Shown here: one piece after another, positions 44,401-54,783 of the stretch
Position numbering within the stretch: the stretch's first letter is position 1
Layout of the letters: each line of letters begins with the position of its first letter
Assembly: GCF_003918875.1 (NCBI RefSeq)
Contig: NW_025767288.1
Location: forward strand, 558,001 to 622,000
Source of the DNA: Haliotis rubra
Lineage: Eukaryota
Direction of reading: 5' to 3'
Length of the DNA stretch: 64,000 nt
Program-made: the position numbers and the translations under genes
The notes under the pieces: model-generated
Told to the model about the DNA's origin: nothing
Seen by the model: only the letters and a program-made list of their open reading frames with translations
Database searches by the model: none

Positions 44401-47400
44401 AACGTTTTTCTGGAATAGCCTCTGTGAAGCTTTGAAAAATGATCTTCCGTGTAGAATATACAGCGAAACATTTAATGCGAGCTAAGACGACCTCTCACAC
44501 GTTATATTTCAATATTTTGAGTTGGATAAAATACGAAAATTAATTTCATGAAGAATGTCCATAAATGCTTAATATCAATGTACTTATGTAGTTTTGCTAC
44601 ATACCATCTCTATATCGAAGACAGTATGATACATCTCGTAGGGGACCACACATTCTTTCAAAACTAAAACCTTAAAAATGGGGCTCATGTGATCACAATG
44701 GATGCTAGATATGAATATTAGTTTGAGAAGTGACATAGTAAAAATATCTGGACCAGTGAAGATCCGGGTTAGAGTTAATCTTCAGTAACCCATGCTTGTC
44801 GTAAGACTAACGGGATCGTGTGGTCAGGCTCACTGACTTGGTTGACACATGTCATCGTGTCCCAGTTTCGTAGATCGATGCTCATGATGCTGATCACTGG
44901 ATTGTCTGGTCCAGACTCGATTATTTACAGACCGCCGCCATTTAGCTGGAATATTGCTGAGAGCGGCGTAAAACTAAACTCAATCAATCAGTCAAGTAAT
45001 CAGTCAGTATATCTACTTGTGATATTGATAATAGGTTGTGCTGAGTAATCTTTTGCTCTCTCCCATTGGTTTACAGACATTTGAGTATTAAGCAGGGTTT
45101 GGAACGAACGCTTGCTGACTGTCTTCAACAACACTTTAGCCAGTAGATCTCTGGTTTAAAGGGGACACGAGTTGCCTAGTAATCCATGGCGCCATAGAGA
45201 TTTAAACCCAAGACTCGGAACTTCTAACTGTTCTACATTAATCAGACTTAACTAAATACTGTTCAAATAACTCATAACTTTAATAGAATATTGAAAATAC
45301 ATAAGCCAAAGCTGGTATCTACATTACCAGCCGCCATGTTTGACAGCTTGTCTATCTCCTAGCGGGATCTCGCGAGAGATTACAACTCTCATTTTTCCAA
45401 TGTTTTATTATTCTTAAAAACAAAACAAACTCGATCCTTTCCAAATATGAAGAAGATGCCCTGTGATTACAACAAAGCTTGGCGAACGTCGGACATTAAG
45501 ATACAATCTCCAGATGTCAAAAACAATTTTCTAGCTGTCAAAATATACCAAAAAAGTTAAACCGAAATATTCAGACTTTTTAGCGTCGTTTAGGGTTATT
45601 TTTTCCTGTATTCGGAACCAGAAAGTTTGCAGTCAAAACGCCTTATTTCTCCCCATGTTTCTTTAGAATGCCAAATAAATTCTGATAATAGGTTTGGAAA
45701 AATATAGATACGGGTGTGTATGTGATAAAAACACACATTGCACAGAGAGACACCGACCTCACCACAGAAGAATTATTTTTACAATTCAAATAAAATATGT
45801 TTAAGACGGGTCTCCGGGGTAAAAACCGAGACAACTAAAAACACTTTATTTCTGTATAAAAGAAACGCATTTGTCCCAAGTGACTGTACTATCTGATATG
45901 TTAGTTTCACAGTTGACATGACTTGAACTCAGGCGACGGGGATGGGGGATAAGAGAGGTCATTCCCCGAGGAGGAAATATGACGTTTAAAACAGCTGTGG
46001 AACTGAGGAACTCACGTACTTCGTTTTTTAATATTTTTGTTCTGTGTGCTTGCAATTCCTGTCATATGTGCGCGACGGGGAAACAGGAGATCGGAAATGG
46101 CGTTTGTCAAAGGTTAATGACGTACATTATTGAAAATATTCACGACGCGCACGCATCTGTGCCCTGTTGCCATATTATTGACAAGGAAAAGTTGATACTC
46201 AGTGTTCAGTTATTCCTTATTCTCGCATGTTATAACTGAATGGTGAACATGAAACCAAATAATACTTGTGAATGACAATCTATATATTACACTTTTGAAG
46301 TCACTAAATATATCTTAATGATAATCATCATTTAGATATCAATAAAACACAAAAATCCGACAATGTGTGTCTACTTAAAGCTTAAGGCTCAACTCAGCAA
46401 TATTCAACCCCTAAAACTGTCACAGAAAATGCCTGAAAAAAATTGTGCTTTATTTTGGTCGGCCACATAAAATACATTGTTGCAAGGAATAGAATTAAAT
46501 GCCGAGACTCTATAAGTTTTAACGACAAAAAAATGTCTTGATTTTGAAGTTGAAGCTAGAAAAAAATACTTGCTCACAATATAAATCGCCCCTCCCCTGA
46601 AAAGAAAAGAAAATGCATAATAAATTTCTTTCTTCATCCCACACCCCGAATATCGAAAGTTAGTCCTTTCTACTTACCAGAGCCACTTCTACATTTTATT
46701 TCAGCGAATGTTCCAGCGACCGTTGCAGGCCAGTTCATGTTGGAGGCATAGGCTTCTGGACAAGTCGTTGCACCCCTCTTATACTGCTGCATCAAGGCTG
46801 CGCTGGCCATGCCGTCACTGTTGACGGGCTTGTTATTCTCAGTCAGCTCAAAACATCCATGAAAGGGAGACAACTTTTCCTCCCAGGTGGTGCTGGTGAG
46901 CACGCTTAACGTCGTCCTCCAGTTTGGTACTGGCGTTGTTGGAGGAACACGAGAAGTCTTTGGTGACGTTGATGTGGTCACTGTTGGTGAGGTAACAGGC
47001 TTTGTCGTTGTTGATGAAGACGTTTCAGGTTTAGATGATGTTTCCTGTTCGGATGATGTTTTAGATGATGTTACTTGTTCGGATGATGTTTTAGATGATG
47101 TTTCCTGTTCGGATGATGTTTTAGATGATGTTTCCTGTTCGGATGATGTTTTAGATGATGTTTCCTGTTCGGATGATGTTTTAGATGATGTTTCCTGTTC
47201 GGGTGATGTTTTAGATGATGTTTCAACAACTGATTGTGTTTCCACTCGTGACGTTGAAACTGCTCCTGGTGTTGTTTGCGTTTGTGTTTGCGTTTTTGGC
47301 TGATCCTGTGTTGTAGGTTTTTGTGCCTCGGTGCTTGGAACTTCGGTCGGTTTTGTCGTAACTACCTGTTGTGTGGTGGTTGTAGTTGTTGTTGTTGTTG

Positions 47401-48640
47401 TAGTGGAGGCTGTAGTTGCAGACGTTGTAGCTATCGTTGTGCTTGTCGACGTGACGGCTTCTACGGTGGTTTGGAATGTAGGTCGTTGGGTTACTGAAAC
47501 ATGAACAATTATGTGCATACCTTAGTTTAACTTTTTATAAAAAATGTTTAAAATACTTAATTCAGATATAAATACACACAGTGAAGTTCAGAACTAAAAT
47601 AGATGAACTGCATTAAAGAAACGGTATTATCAGTTCCTCTGTATGTCAAGCACGTGACGTCATCCTCCTGAGACGACACAGGTGAATAACATATTTATAA
47701 AAAATAAAGGTAAACATCGTTATTCAGGGCAATGAGACAATTACTCTTGGGAACGTATATAGTTATATACCAGTATACAATTAAAGGACAGAAATATATA
47801 CAATTATATGACAATTACTCTTGGGAACGTATATACTATTTACTCTCCGGAAATATATACAATTATGTGACAATTACTCTTGGGAACGTATATTCAGTTA
47901 ATGGACATTTACTCTTGGGAACTCACCTACAATTAATGGACAACTAACATTCAGAGCGTACATACAACTAACGGCCAAATACAGATGAGGCGGGAGATAC
48001 AATTTATGGAAAATTACTTTTCGGAACAAATATACAAATAAAACAGAAACACTCATGGGAACGTATAAACATTGAAGAACACTTTCTCTTGGTATGTATA
48101 TACAATTACAGAACTATTACTCATTTTAACGTGAATACAGTTAATAGAAAGACCAGTTTATATTCGACTGTTAACAGGTAAAGCATAAAACTACATACTC
48201 TCATGACGTTCGCAGATAAACGGCCTGAGGGTTTCATAAGCTCTATCGTTGAGAAATCCATTAAACCGTATTTCCACACAGTGCTCGACGGATCTTCCCC
48301 GGCCATTGTTGGGTTCCCCAGGTCCCCATTGGCTGAAATAAATAATAATATCAATGAGGTGGGTATCATGTATATATTATCATATGCCCAATAACCAAGT
48401 TGTAAAAGGAAGTACAATAAACTAAATAGATAATACGCCGATCATGGCATATTACATACCGCCAATACTTTGTTTTTGCTTTAAAACAAAAGTGTGCAAA
48501 CCATAAAACCAGGAATGATATGAAACAATATGATTGTAACGATATTATGCTTATTAAACAATTTAGAACCTAGAAACAGAACAAGTGGTGTATCACAGAC
48601 ATGTTTCTGTTTCGGTTAATATTCAGTCTCGCTACTACTG

Positions 48641-48700
<60 letters not shown>

Positions 48701-50486
48701 TTACTACTAATTCTACTATTACTACTAGATATCATTTTCAAGGGCACCATTATTGCCCCAATAAACAAGTGTCCATTCATTATTTCTTTCCCAACCCTCT
48801 GAGGAGAAAACAAAGCTAGCTGCCTCTCGCACCCTACCGGGTACCCATTCACTGTTAGGTGAACATACGTCTGTTTGGAAATGAAGTCACTTGCTCTAGG
48901 AGACCCACTGACACAGTATTCAAAACGGCCTAACACCGCTCATTTGTGGAACATTTGACTGAGAAACATGCATGTTTTGCTATAAACAGAAGTCGACGAG
49001 GCAGGCTAATCGGGATAAAAGAGAATAACGGTTCTCTTCCACTCACGTGATCCTCCTGCTAAAGGTACCCCCGTCCTGCCAGATGAACTTGTTGAGGTCG
49101 GTGTGCCATTTGAGGCCAACCCACCACGTCAACATGTCGTCTTTCGTTATCTGCTTCTTCAGTTCACGAACAACCTTTTTCTGAAATTACAATAAGTTGT
49201 TGGTATTTGAAGAATTTACAATATTTACTTGTTACATTCTAGTAAATTTTGAAAATAGTAACTAACCCTTCATAGTGTGTCGTAGAGATATTGCGTCTAG
49301 TGTTTCCGTATCGTAAATGTCATGCTTTTTTGTAATGAGAATGGAAAATGGACCGACTTTAGAACTTTGAATACAAAGCTTGTCAACAACCCAATTTATC
49401 ATATTGTGCCTTGTGATTTACGAATACTGTATGGTGCTAACAAAACTAGTAACGTAATCGGTGCGAACAATGCTTCCATCAAACGGTATTAGGTTTCTGG
49501 TGAACCCAAGGGACGAAACTCTGTATAGCGAATTGCGGTGCCTTAGACGACCTCATTCGTAACTACTCGTGTCATTGCGACAAGCCGGATGGCGACTCGT
49601 ACCCCTCACGTGGACATGTTCACGACTGGGCCTTGTCGAAGCGCAAACGGGCACAGAGAAGAAAATAGTCTAGGGCTCTTTCCAAGGAAAGGTAGCTCTA
49701 AATTTCCAAACATGGCTACTCCAAGAAAACAACAAGAACAAATTGGTTTAACACTAAAGTCACTTTAGGTAAGTGTCTTATGTCGTTAACAAATGTCAGT
49801 AACAAGATAATTATATAATCACAGAAATAAGAATAAATATCAATAATCGCAAAGAAACTATTTGGCCTCATTTCTCATTTCACTACGCGCGGTTTGATTG
49901 GTTTGCCACGATTCTTGGCAATAATGGCGTACTATACAGATACGAGTCTTCTTGTAGATCATTGAAAGAGGCGAGTAGTTATGAATAAGACGACCTATCA
50001 ACTTTTGATGAGTTACGGGGCGGTGGGGTAGCCTAATGGTTAAAGCGTTGGCTCGTCACGCCGAAGACCCGGGTTCGAATCCCCACATGGGTACACTGTG
50101 TGAAGCCCATTTCTGGTGTCCCCCGCCGTGATGTTGCTGGAATATTGCTAAAAGCGGCGTAAAACCAAATTCAGTCAGACAGTCAGTTGATGAGTTACAG
50201 CAGGAATGCTGCTGCGTTTATGACACTTCGAGAAAACCAAACACCTTCGAAATAGAACACTATAACTACAGAGGGTTGTATGTTTTAGGACATACAACTT
50301 AGGTCCGGAAGCTCACCTTCTCCGCTTTAGAGCTGATTGATATCAAGGTTCCCCCTTCTTGTCTGCAGGCGTTTCTGGCGTCCTCCCATGACATCTTCCT
50401 GGTGTCAAACTTGTAGCAGGCACGGTGCATGACAACCCAGCCGCTACCACATGACTGTTCCTCCTCTCGTCGACGACGACTGTGGG
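20490..50486 (-). CDS. Latrophilin-like adhesion GPCR: C-type lectin, Ser/Thr mucin stalk, HRM, GAIN/GPS, 7TM (5' signal-peptide exon not located)
   Basis: 19 GT-AG exons in continuous frame (3122 nt). C-type lectin: 50486-50317, 49180-49047, 48332-48199 (CYKF...WEDARNAC...WWVGL...WGPGEPNN...FICE). Mucin and start of HRM: 47493-46678. HRM: 43556-43456. GAIN: 41900-41706, 41323-41140, 38262-38143, 37976-37783, 36503-36451 (CSFWD) and 33675-33552 (WSQDGC...CKCDHL|TNFAILM, the GPS). 7TM: 28377-28274, 27754-27652 (IHKNL), 25404-25251 (LHYFFL...WMFIEG), 24489-24423, 23293-23227 (CWL...WSFAGP), 22459-22365 and 21485-21317 (LLGLTW...NSLQG). Tail: 20627-20490 (TGA). Confidence 0.93.
20935..21170 (+). 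mobile_element. Headless retroposon family B (diverged full-length copy)
   Basis: cccgtgacgacc...ggttagaattgg...gtggtcaggctc...gatcactgga...gctggaatattgctgag...aaac tail. Confidence 0.8.
22560..22757 (-). mobile_element. Retroposon family B (diverged, internally deleted)
   Basis: (tttg)n tail, agacaatcctgtgat...gaagaccaattctaacccgga. Confidence 0.7.
22859..23021 (-). mobile_element. tRNA-derived SINE family A
   Basis: Near-consensus reverse-strand copy. Confidence 0.88.
24651..25044. mobile_element. Tc1/mariner (pogo/Tigger-like) MITE
   Basis: TA|cagtggaagctgtcaaaaccgg ... ccagtttagacagcgtccactg|TA, with internal repeats of gctgtcaa...ccggc. Confidence 0.75.
25462..25561. mobile_element. 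~100-bp palindromic MITE (second copy at 26844-26950)
   Basis: ggcctagattttcgaagctctct...agagagcttcgaaaatctaggcc; flanked by a CAG duplication in this copy. Confidence 0.85.
26844..26950. mobile_element. Palindromic MITE, same family as 25462-25561 (opposite orientation)
   Basis: ggcctagattttcgaagctctcttagcgctaagatagtc ... gactatcttagcgttaagagggcttcgaaaatctaggcc. Confidence 0.85.
28551..28718 (-). mobile_element. tRNA-derived SINE family A
   Basis: Near-consensus reverse copy. Confidence 0.88.
29684..29848 (+). mobile_element. tRNA-derived SINE family A
   Basis: A and B boxes; TSD cccagtatca. Confidence 0.88.
30637..30803 (-). mobile_element. tRNA-derived SINE family A
   Basis: Near-consensus; TSD gtgtttgaaaga. 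Confidence 0.9.
31937..32063 (+). mobile_element. SINE family A, internally deleted
   Basis: gggcggttggatagccc joined directly to the B-box region, then body and (CACT)n tail. Confidence 0.8.
35782..35950 (+). mobile_element. tRNA-derived SINE family A
   Basis: Near-consensus; TSD cagt(g/a)tttacc. Confidence 0.9.
36097..36342 (-). mobile_element. Headless retroposon family B, full length
   Basis: Bounded by the 12-bp TSD tctcagaatact (36085-36096 and 36343-36354); shares the 3' tail gctggaatattgct...cggcgtaaaacta(CACT)n with SINE A. Confidence 0.88.
36914..37485. mobile_element. Non-autonomous DNA transposon with TTAA target site (Kolobok-like AG...CT ends)
   Basis: TTAA|aggtcacttgcaac ... 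gttgcatgtgacct|TTAA. Confidence 0.75.
38815..38925. mobile_element. Penelope-like inverted fragment without hammerhead
   Basis: agataaggacaaactttatggatgaa / ttcatccataaagtttgtcttatct, a tail similar in style to 18440-18480, and a flanking repeat tg(t/c)catctt. Confidence 0.5.
40846..41069. repeat. 75-bp tandem repeat, 3 copies
   Basis: ttatagccgcatgccttcacatatgggtatttagtggcatatgatctacctatatacgaccaaatctcccattga x3; explains ORF 40797-41072. Confidence 0.95.
44752..44995 (+). mobile_element. Headless retroposon family B
   Basis: gtgaagatccgggttagag...gtcgtaag...ggtccagactcgattatttacagaccgccgcc...cggcgtaaaactaaac. Confidence 0.88.
47031..47225 (-). repeat. Coding 30-bp minisatellite ([10 protein letters not shown], ~6 copies) in the adhesion GPCR mucin stalk
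   Basis: ttagatgatgtttcctgttcggatgatgtt repeated with very few differences. Confidence 0.95.
47740..48120. repeat. Degenerate tandem repeat (acaattactcttgggaacgtata core)
   Basis: The core recurs about 8 times with increasing decay. Confidence 0.7.
48632..48727. repeat. (ACT)n microsatellite
   Basis: Direct reading; explains the poly-Thr and poly-Ser ORFs. Confidence 0.95.
50017..50185 (+). mobile_element. tRNA-derived SINE family A
   Basis: Near-consensus; TSD ttgatgagttac. Confidence 0.9.
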
Positions 50487-51893
50487 CTGAAAAATGTGAT
50501 ATTAACATATGACATCACTGATACGATTTTGTAAATATTTCATAAGAATGCCCTGCAGCTATATCGAAACAGCAAATGCCCTGCTGGATCAAAACATATA
50601 TACATTCATGGCTGGCGGTGGCCAAAATTGAAACAAACAAGATTGTAAGATGATTATATTATTAGATGGCGATTCTTTTTATTGTGAAGACGTATCATTG
50701 TCAGTTGTGGTGACTGGTCGATTTAAACAAACTATTTTTGTCCATCTGTATCCAACAAACTATATATTTGTAAGCTGTTAATGTTTGTTAGTAAGAGGGA
50801 AAAATAGCGTTTGGTGTTTTACACAAAACATATTCCCTTTTCATCACCACTGTTAAACTAGTCGTTTTTGGCATATTTTAAAAAAATCTCCCGTACCGCC
50901 ATCCCCTTTGCAATTAAATGGATGCCACCAACTTGAACCTGCTTTTGAAGTCTTTCTGTTGCATGTACATCGGATGTTAAGCATCTCAAACTCAACATAT
51001 TACAAGAACAAAGTTATAAGTCAGCACTCAATAGAATGGGCGCATTGATACACCGTTTCCGACACGACTAACCTATTTCCACATCCGCTGGGTTACGAAA
51101 GAGCTCTTAAGATCTGCCAGACACTCAACTCGCACCTTCCAACCACGCTCTCACACACAGGATCTGCTACACGAGGGTCACTCTATCTTAACTATATATC
51201 GGAAAGGCAGGAGTGCGTTACATAAGATCCAGCTTCCAGATGATAAAAACGACAAGGTTGGGTATTGGTATCGTTTTCGTGACCCCCTCTGCTTCATTTA
51301 TGGTAACCGTTTAACAAAACAGGTTTATTTTCTTGAAACATTGATAGACCTGTAAAGGGTTTACACCGAGATATACAAATCATGCGTCACACCCATATTT
51401 CTTCTCAGAACGTGAAATTATATATAGTAACATATTTTTCGAATTGGAATCGTGAATGTTGATAAACATTAGAAAAATGTTTGCTGATACTGAATTCAGA
51501 TCAATTCCTCACTCACTCGCCTCCATTTATATATACAAACAAAGATACAATAATGATAGAAAAACGAAGATTGAAAGAAAAAGAAAAAGAAATAACATGC
51601 ACACTGACTGTTCAATTAATTGGCAATATGTCAATTGTCTCATGGTAGTTTTTAAATAAGAGTATTGGGGAACATGTAGCCGAGTGGTTTAAGCGTTCTC
51701 TCGTTCTGACAAAGACGTGAGTTCGATTCCCTAAATGGCTTTTTTTGTTGGTGGCGATATTTGGATTAACTGATTAAAATACGATGAATGTTGACAAGAT
51801 GTTCATATTGTTTTTGTTGTTGTTGCCATTACTATGGTCTTGTAGACAGAGTGTCTGCCTGGGAATCTGGGAGGTTCGAACCCTTACGATCAT

Positions 51894-52068
51894 AGGGGGC
51901 GGTTGGGTAGCCTAGTGGTTAAGGCGTTCGCTCGTCACGCAGAAGACCTGGGTTGCATTCCTCACATGGGTACATTGTGTGAAGCCCATTTCTGGTGTCC
52001 CTCGCCGTGGTATTGCTGGAATATTGCTTAAAGCTGCGTAAAACCCAGCTCAATCACTCACTCGCTCA
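51894..52068 (+). mobile_element. tRNA-derived SINE family A
   Basis: Near-consensus; TSD cttacg(a/g)tcatag. Confidence 0.88.
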
Positions 52069-53566
52069 CTTACGGTCATAGAAAAATACATTTAAAATGG
52101 TAGATGTTGTTACCCTGGCTACTGGTGTCAGCTATGGGGATTACACAAGGACAGGTCACCCGGAGCCTCGGTATACTCTATCTTAGATAGGTATTCATGT
52201 TGACCACATGACCACAAAAACATCATTATTCTATACCAATTCAAACAATCACCACAAAATACACGCATGCATGTTGCCATAAGAATCCAATAACCTTTAA
52301 ACCACGACGTTAAAGCACGTTTCAATACTGCCCAACAACATATGTTGACCTGGTATTTGTCCTGGCCCAAAAATGATCAGAAACAAGTTAGATAACCCTG
52401 TAACAATAGCCACGCATTCTGAAATTTTTGAGCCATGACGTTTACAAAATTGCCAATATGCAAGATTGATATAGGATCAAAAACGCGGTCCCTGTACGTT
52501 TATTATGTTCATATACTCATATTTATATTTTGCCTTCACAGCTGATGTATCACGTTGGGTTTCATGCATGTATTAAATCAGGCTGATAAAAACCAGGCTG
52601 TTAGATAGCCATGCTCAAAGATTATACTGATTGATAAGTTCATGGACATAAAGTAACTCCATATAAAGGTTAAGTCTTGATAAGCGGACAGGAGAGATCT
52701 AAGGGCATCAATTTTTCATCGGAAAACTTTGTTCTTATTTTAATATAATCAAAAAATTAGAATTTAAACTAATATTTGTTTGCCTTACATACTTGTGCAA
52801 GTCCAGCTGTATTAGTTAAGTCTGCACATCCTACTGAGATTGTTTCGCGCTTGTACCTGGTACAAACATGTGAAGCCCATGTTTGGTGTGTCTCTCCCCA
52901 TCCACGGCCCATCCCCTTGTGTGTTACTGCAGGAATATTGCTTAATATTTCTACTCTCTTTTGAATTAAAGAAAAATATTTTTTGAAAAACATGTTTCTT
53001 CTTTTGACAGTCTAAGTAGTGAATGATCATGTTTCGTCATGGAAGTACCGTGTACAGAGACCCTAAATGTCAACTCGAAGAGTTCCCATGTCTCGTGGAC
53101 AGTTATAGCAACCCATAAACAAGCCTCAGCTAATGCATATCTCGTAGTTTTTTTCCCGCAGAGTATTACACCATATTCACGGTGGAAGAGTGAGATGTGT
53201 TTCACGTTTCAAATACATCTGAGCACACTACCGCGTGAAAACAAATACTGTGAAAAATGCACGCTGTCTTTTTATTTGTCTGCCAAATGCATAGACTCGA
53301 GGAACATGTCATGGAACCCTCCTTCGCGTGGAACATCTGTTGCGAAACGCTGGGAAACGTAGGCCTTGGCATAGAAACTCTGGTGCATCTCCAGTATCAG
53401 TTGCCTGCTCGGCACCATTTCATTGACGTTGTAACGTTATGTAAGTGGCTCAAGGTTAAATATAAGGGGATAAACGTTCTCCGGTATTGGTCATTTCCAA
53501 CAGAGGGGCTGATGTGGGCTTATAAACAACTGAGTGATTAAATGATTGATGTAATGTGTGTCTGTC

Positions 53567-53599
<33 letters not shown>

Positions 53600-54524
53600 G
53601 GGGGGGTGAATCTGTGTTGTTGCTTCTTCAAATATATAATGAAATTATAGCCTTTGAACAGTATTCAGGAACTGGTCACTTGTAATATGGTGTGGTGAGA
53701 GGGATGTCATAAAAAATGTTACATTAAAGCCAGAGCATGAACATGGAGGATTGGGGTTTGGGTGGGGGGAGGGAGGTCAACGTAATGTGGAAGGGGGGAA
53801 CCCAGGTCGAAGAACATATTTGGTGCAGCCAGCGGTCATGGGTTTGTCTGGCAACGTAGTAGTCACGTATACCATATGTCATCATAACTGAAACTAGAAT
53901 GTGTCTTGGCTATAACCACATTGATAGAGAGTGACAGAGCGATCACTCTTTGTCGTAGCGTCATAGCTAACACATTCTCGCAGTTAAAAGAATTGTTTGA
54001 GCTCCCTGATACGGGATCTGAATAACTGGAAATACATCTGAGTTATTTGCACATCTGGACTGGCAGCTCAACGTTACCCAGTGGCACATTCCTCGAGGAA
54101 ATGTAGTTATACAAAATGATAACCGACCATAGCCTTGTATCACATTTGATAAACATGTCAGCAACGTGTCCTTGACCTTACGTAATTAGGTTGCCTTGAC
54201 CCTACCCACTGACCTGCATAGCCTATCGAGCATTGCGCTCCACTATCTAATCCTGTAAGTGGAAGAGATATACACACAGAAGATACAGTCTTGTCTCAGA
54301 CGTCTACACACTAATGCGCATGTAGTGACGGATGCCGAGCAGTTGGCATTTGCAGACTGCCCAAGCACCAAGCTGTAAAGCTTCATTTGAAACCCTCTAA
54401 GATGATGGGTGTGTGGTTGACGTTTGACAATACTGCCACATTTCATAGGTATAATTACGTTGGCTGAACAAAGGGTCGATGATGTCTACCATTATTGTTA
54501 AACCTACGAATATGGAGTGAATAA

Positions 54525-54673
54525 AGTGAGTTTAGTTTCACGCCGGTTTTAGCAATATTCCAGCAATATCACGGATGTAGACACCAGAAAAGTGCTTCAC
54601 ACATTGTACCCATGTGGGGAATCGAACCCGGGACTTCGGCGTGACGCGCGAACGCTTTAACCACTAGGCTACC
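54525..54673 (-). mobile_element. tRNA-derived SINE family A
   Basis: Reverse-strand copy, slightly 5'-truncated. Confidence 0.85.
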
Positions 54674-54716
54674 AAGTCAAAACATTCATTACACAAGAGT
54701 CTCTTTTCCTGCTTAC

Positions 54717-54783
54717 TTGGTTCCGTCCTGTTGCGCACCTTAGTACAATAGCCAGTCCAGAATTTTGAGACCATTTCATCTAG
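54717..54783 (-). CDS. Possible additional upstream exon of the adhesion GPCR (LDEMVSKFWTGYCTKVRNRTEP)
   Basis: tatccag| acceptor and |gtaagc donor, open phase 0 to phase 1, compatible with the phase-1 start of exon 50486. No homology support. Confidence 0.3.

Noticed and set aside
45155-46378. Possible TTAA-flanked DNA transposon
   Set aside because: The putative terminal repeats match too poorly to define the element by eye.
46887-47303. 138-aa plus-strand ORF with [10 protein letters not shown] repeats
   Set aside because: It is the antisense shadow of the mucin-stalk VNTR exon.
48601-48936. Poly-Thr and poly-Ser ORFs
   Set aside because: They arise from the (ACT)n microsatellite.
50017-50090. 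SINE A heads as functional tRNA-Asp genes
   Set aside because: There is no proper acceptor stem, the head continues into a conserved body and tail, and copies are flanked by TSDs; these are SINEs.
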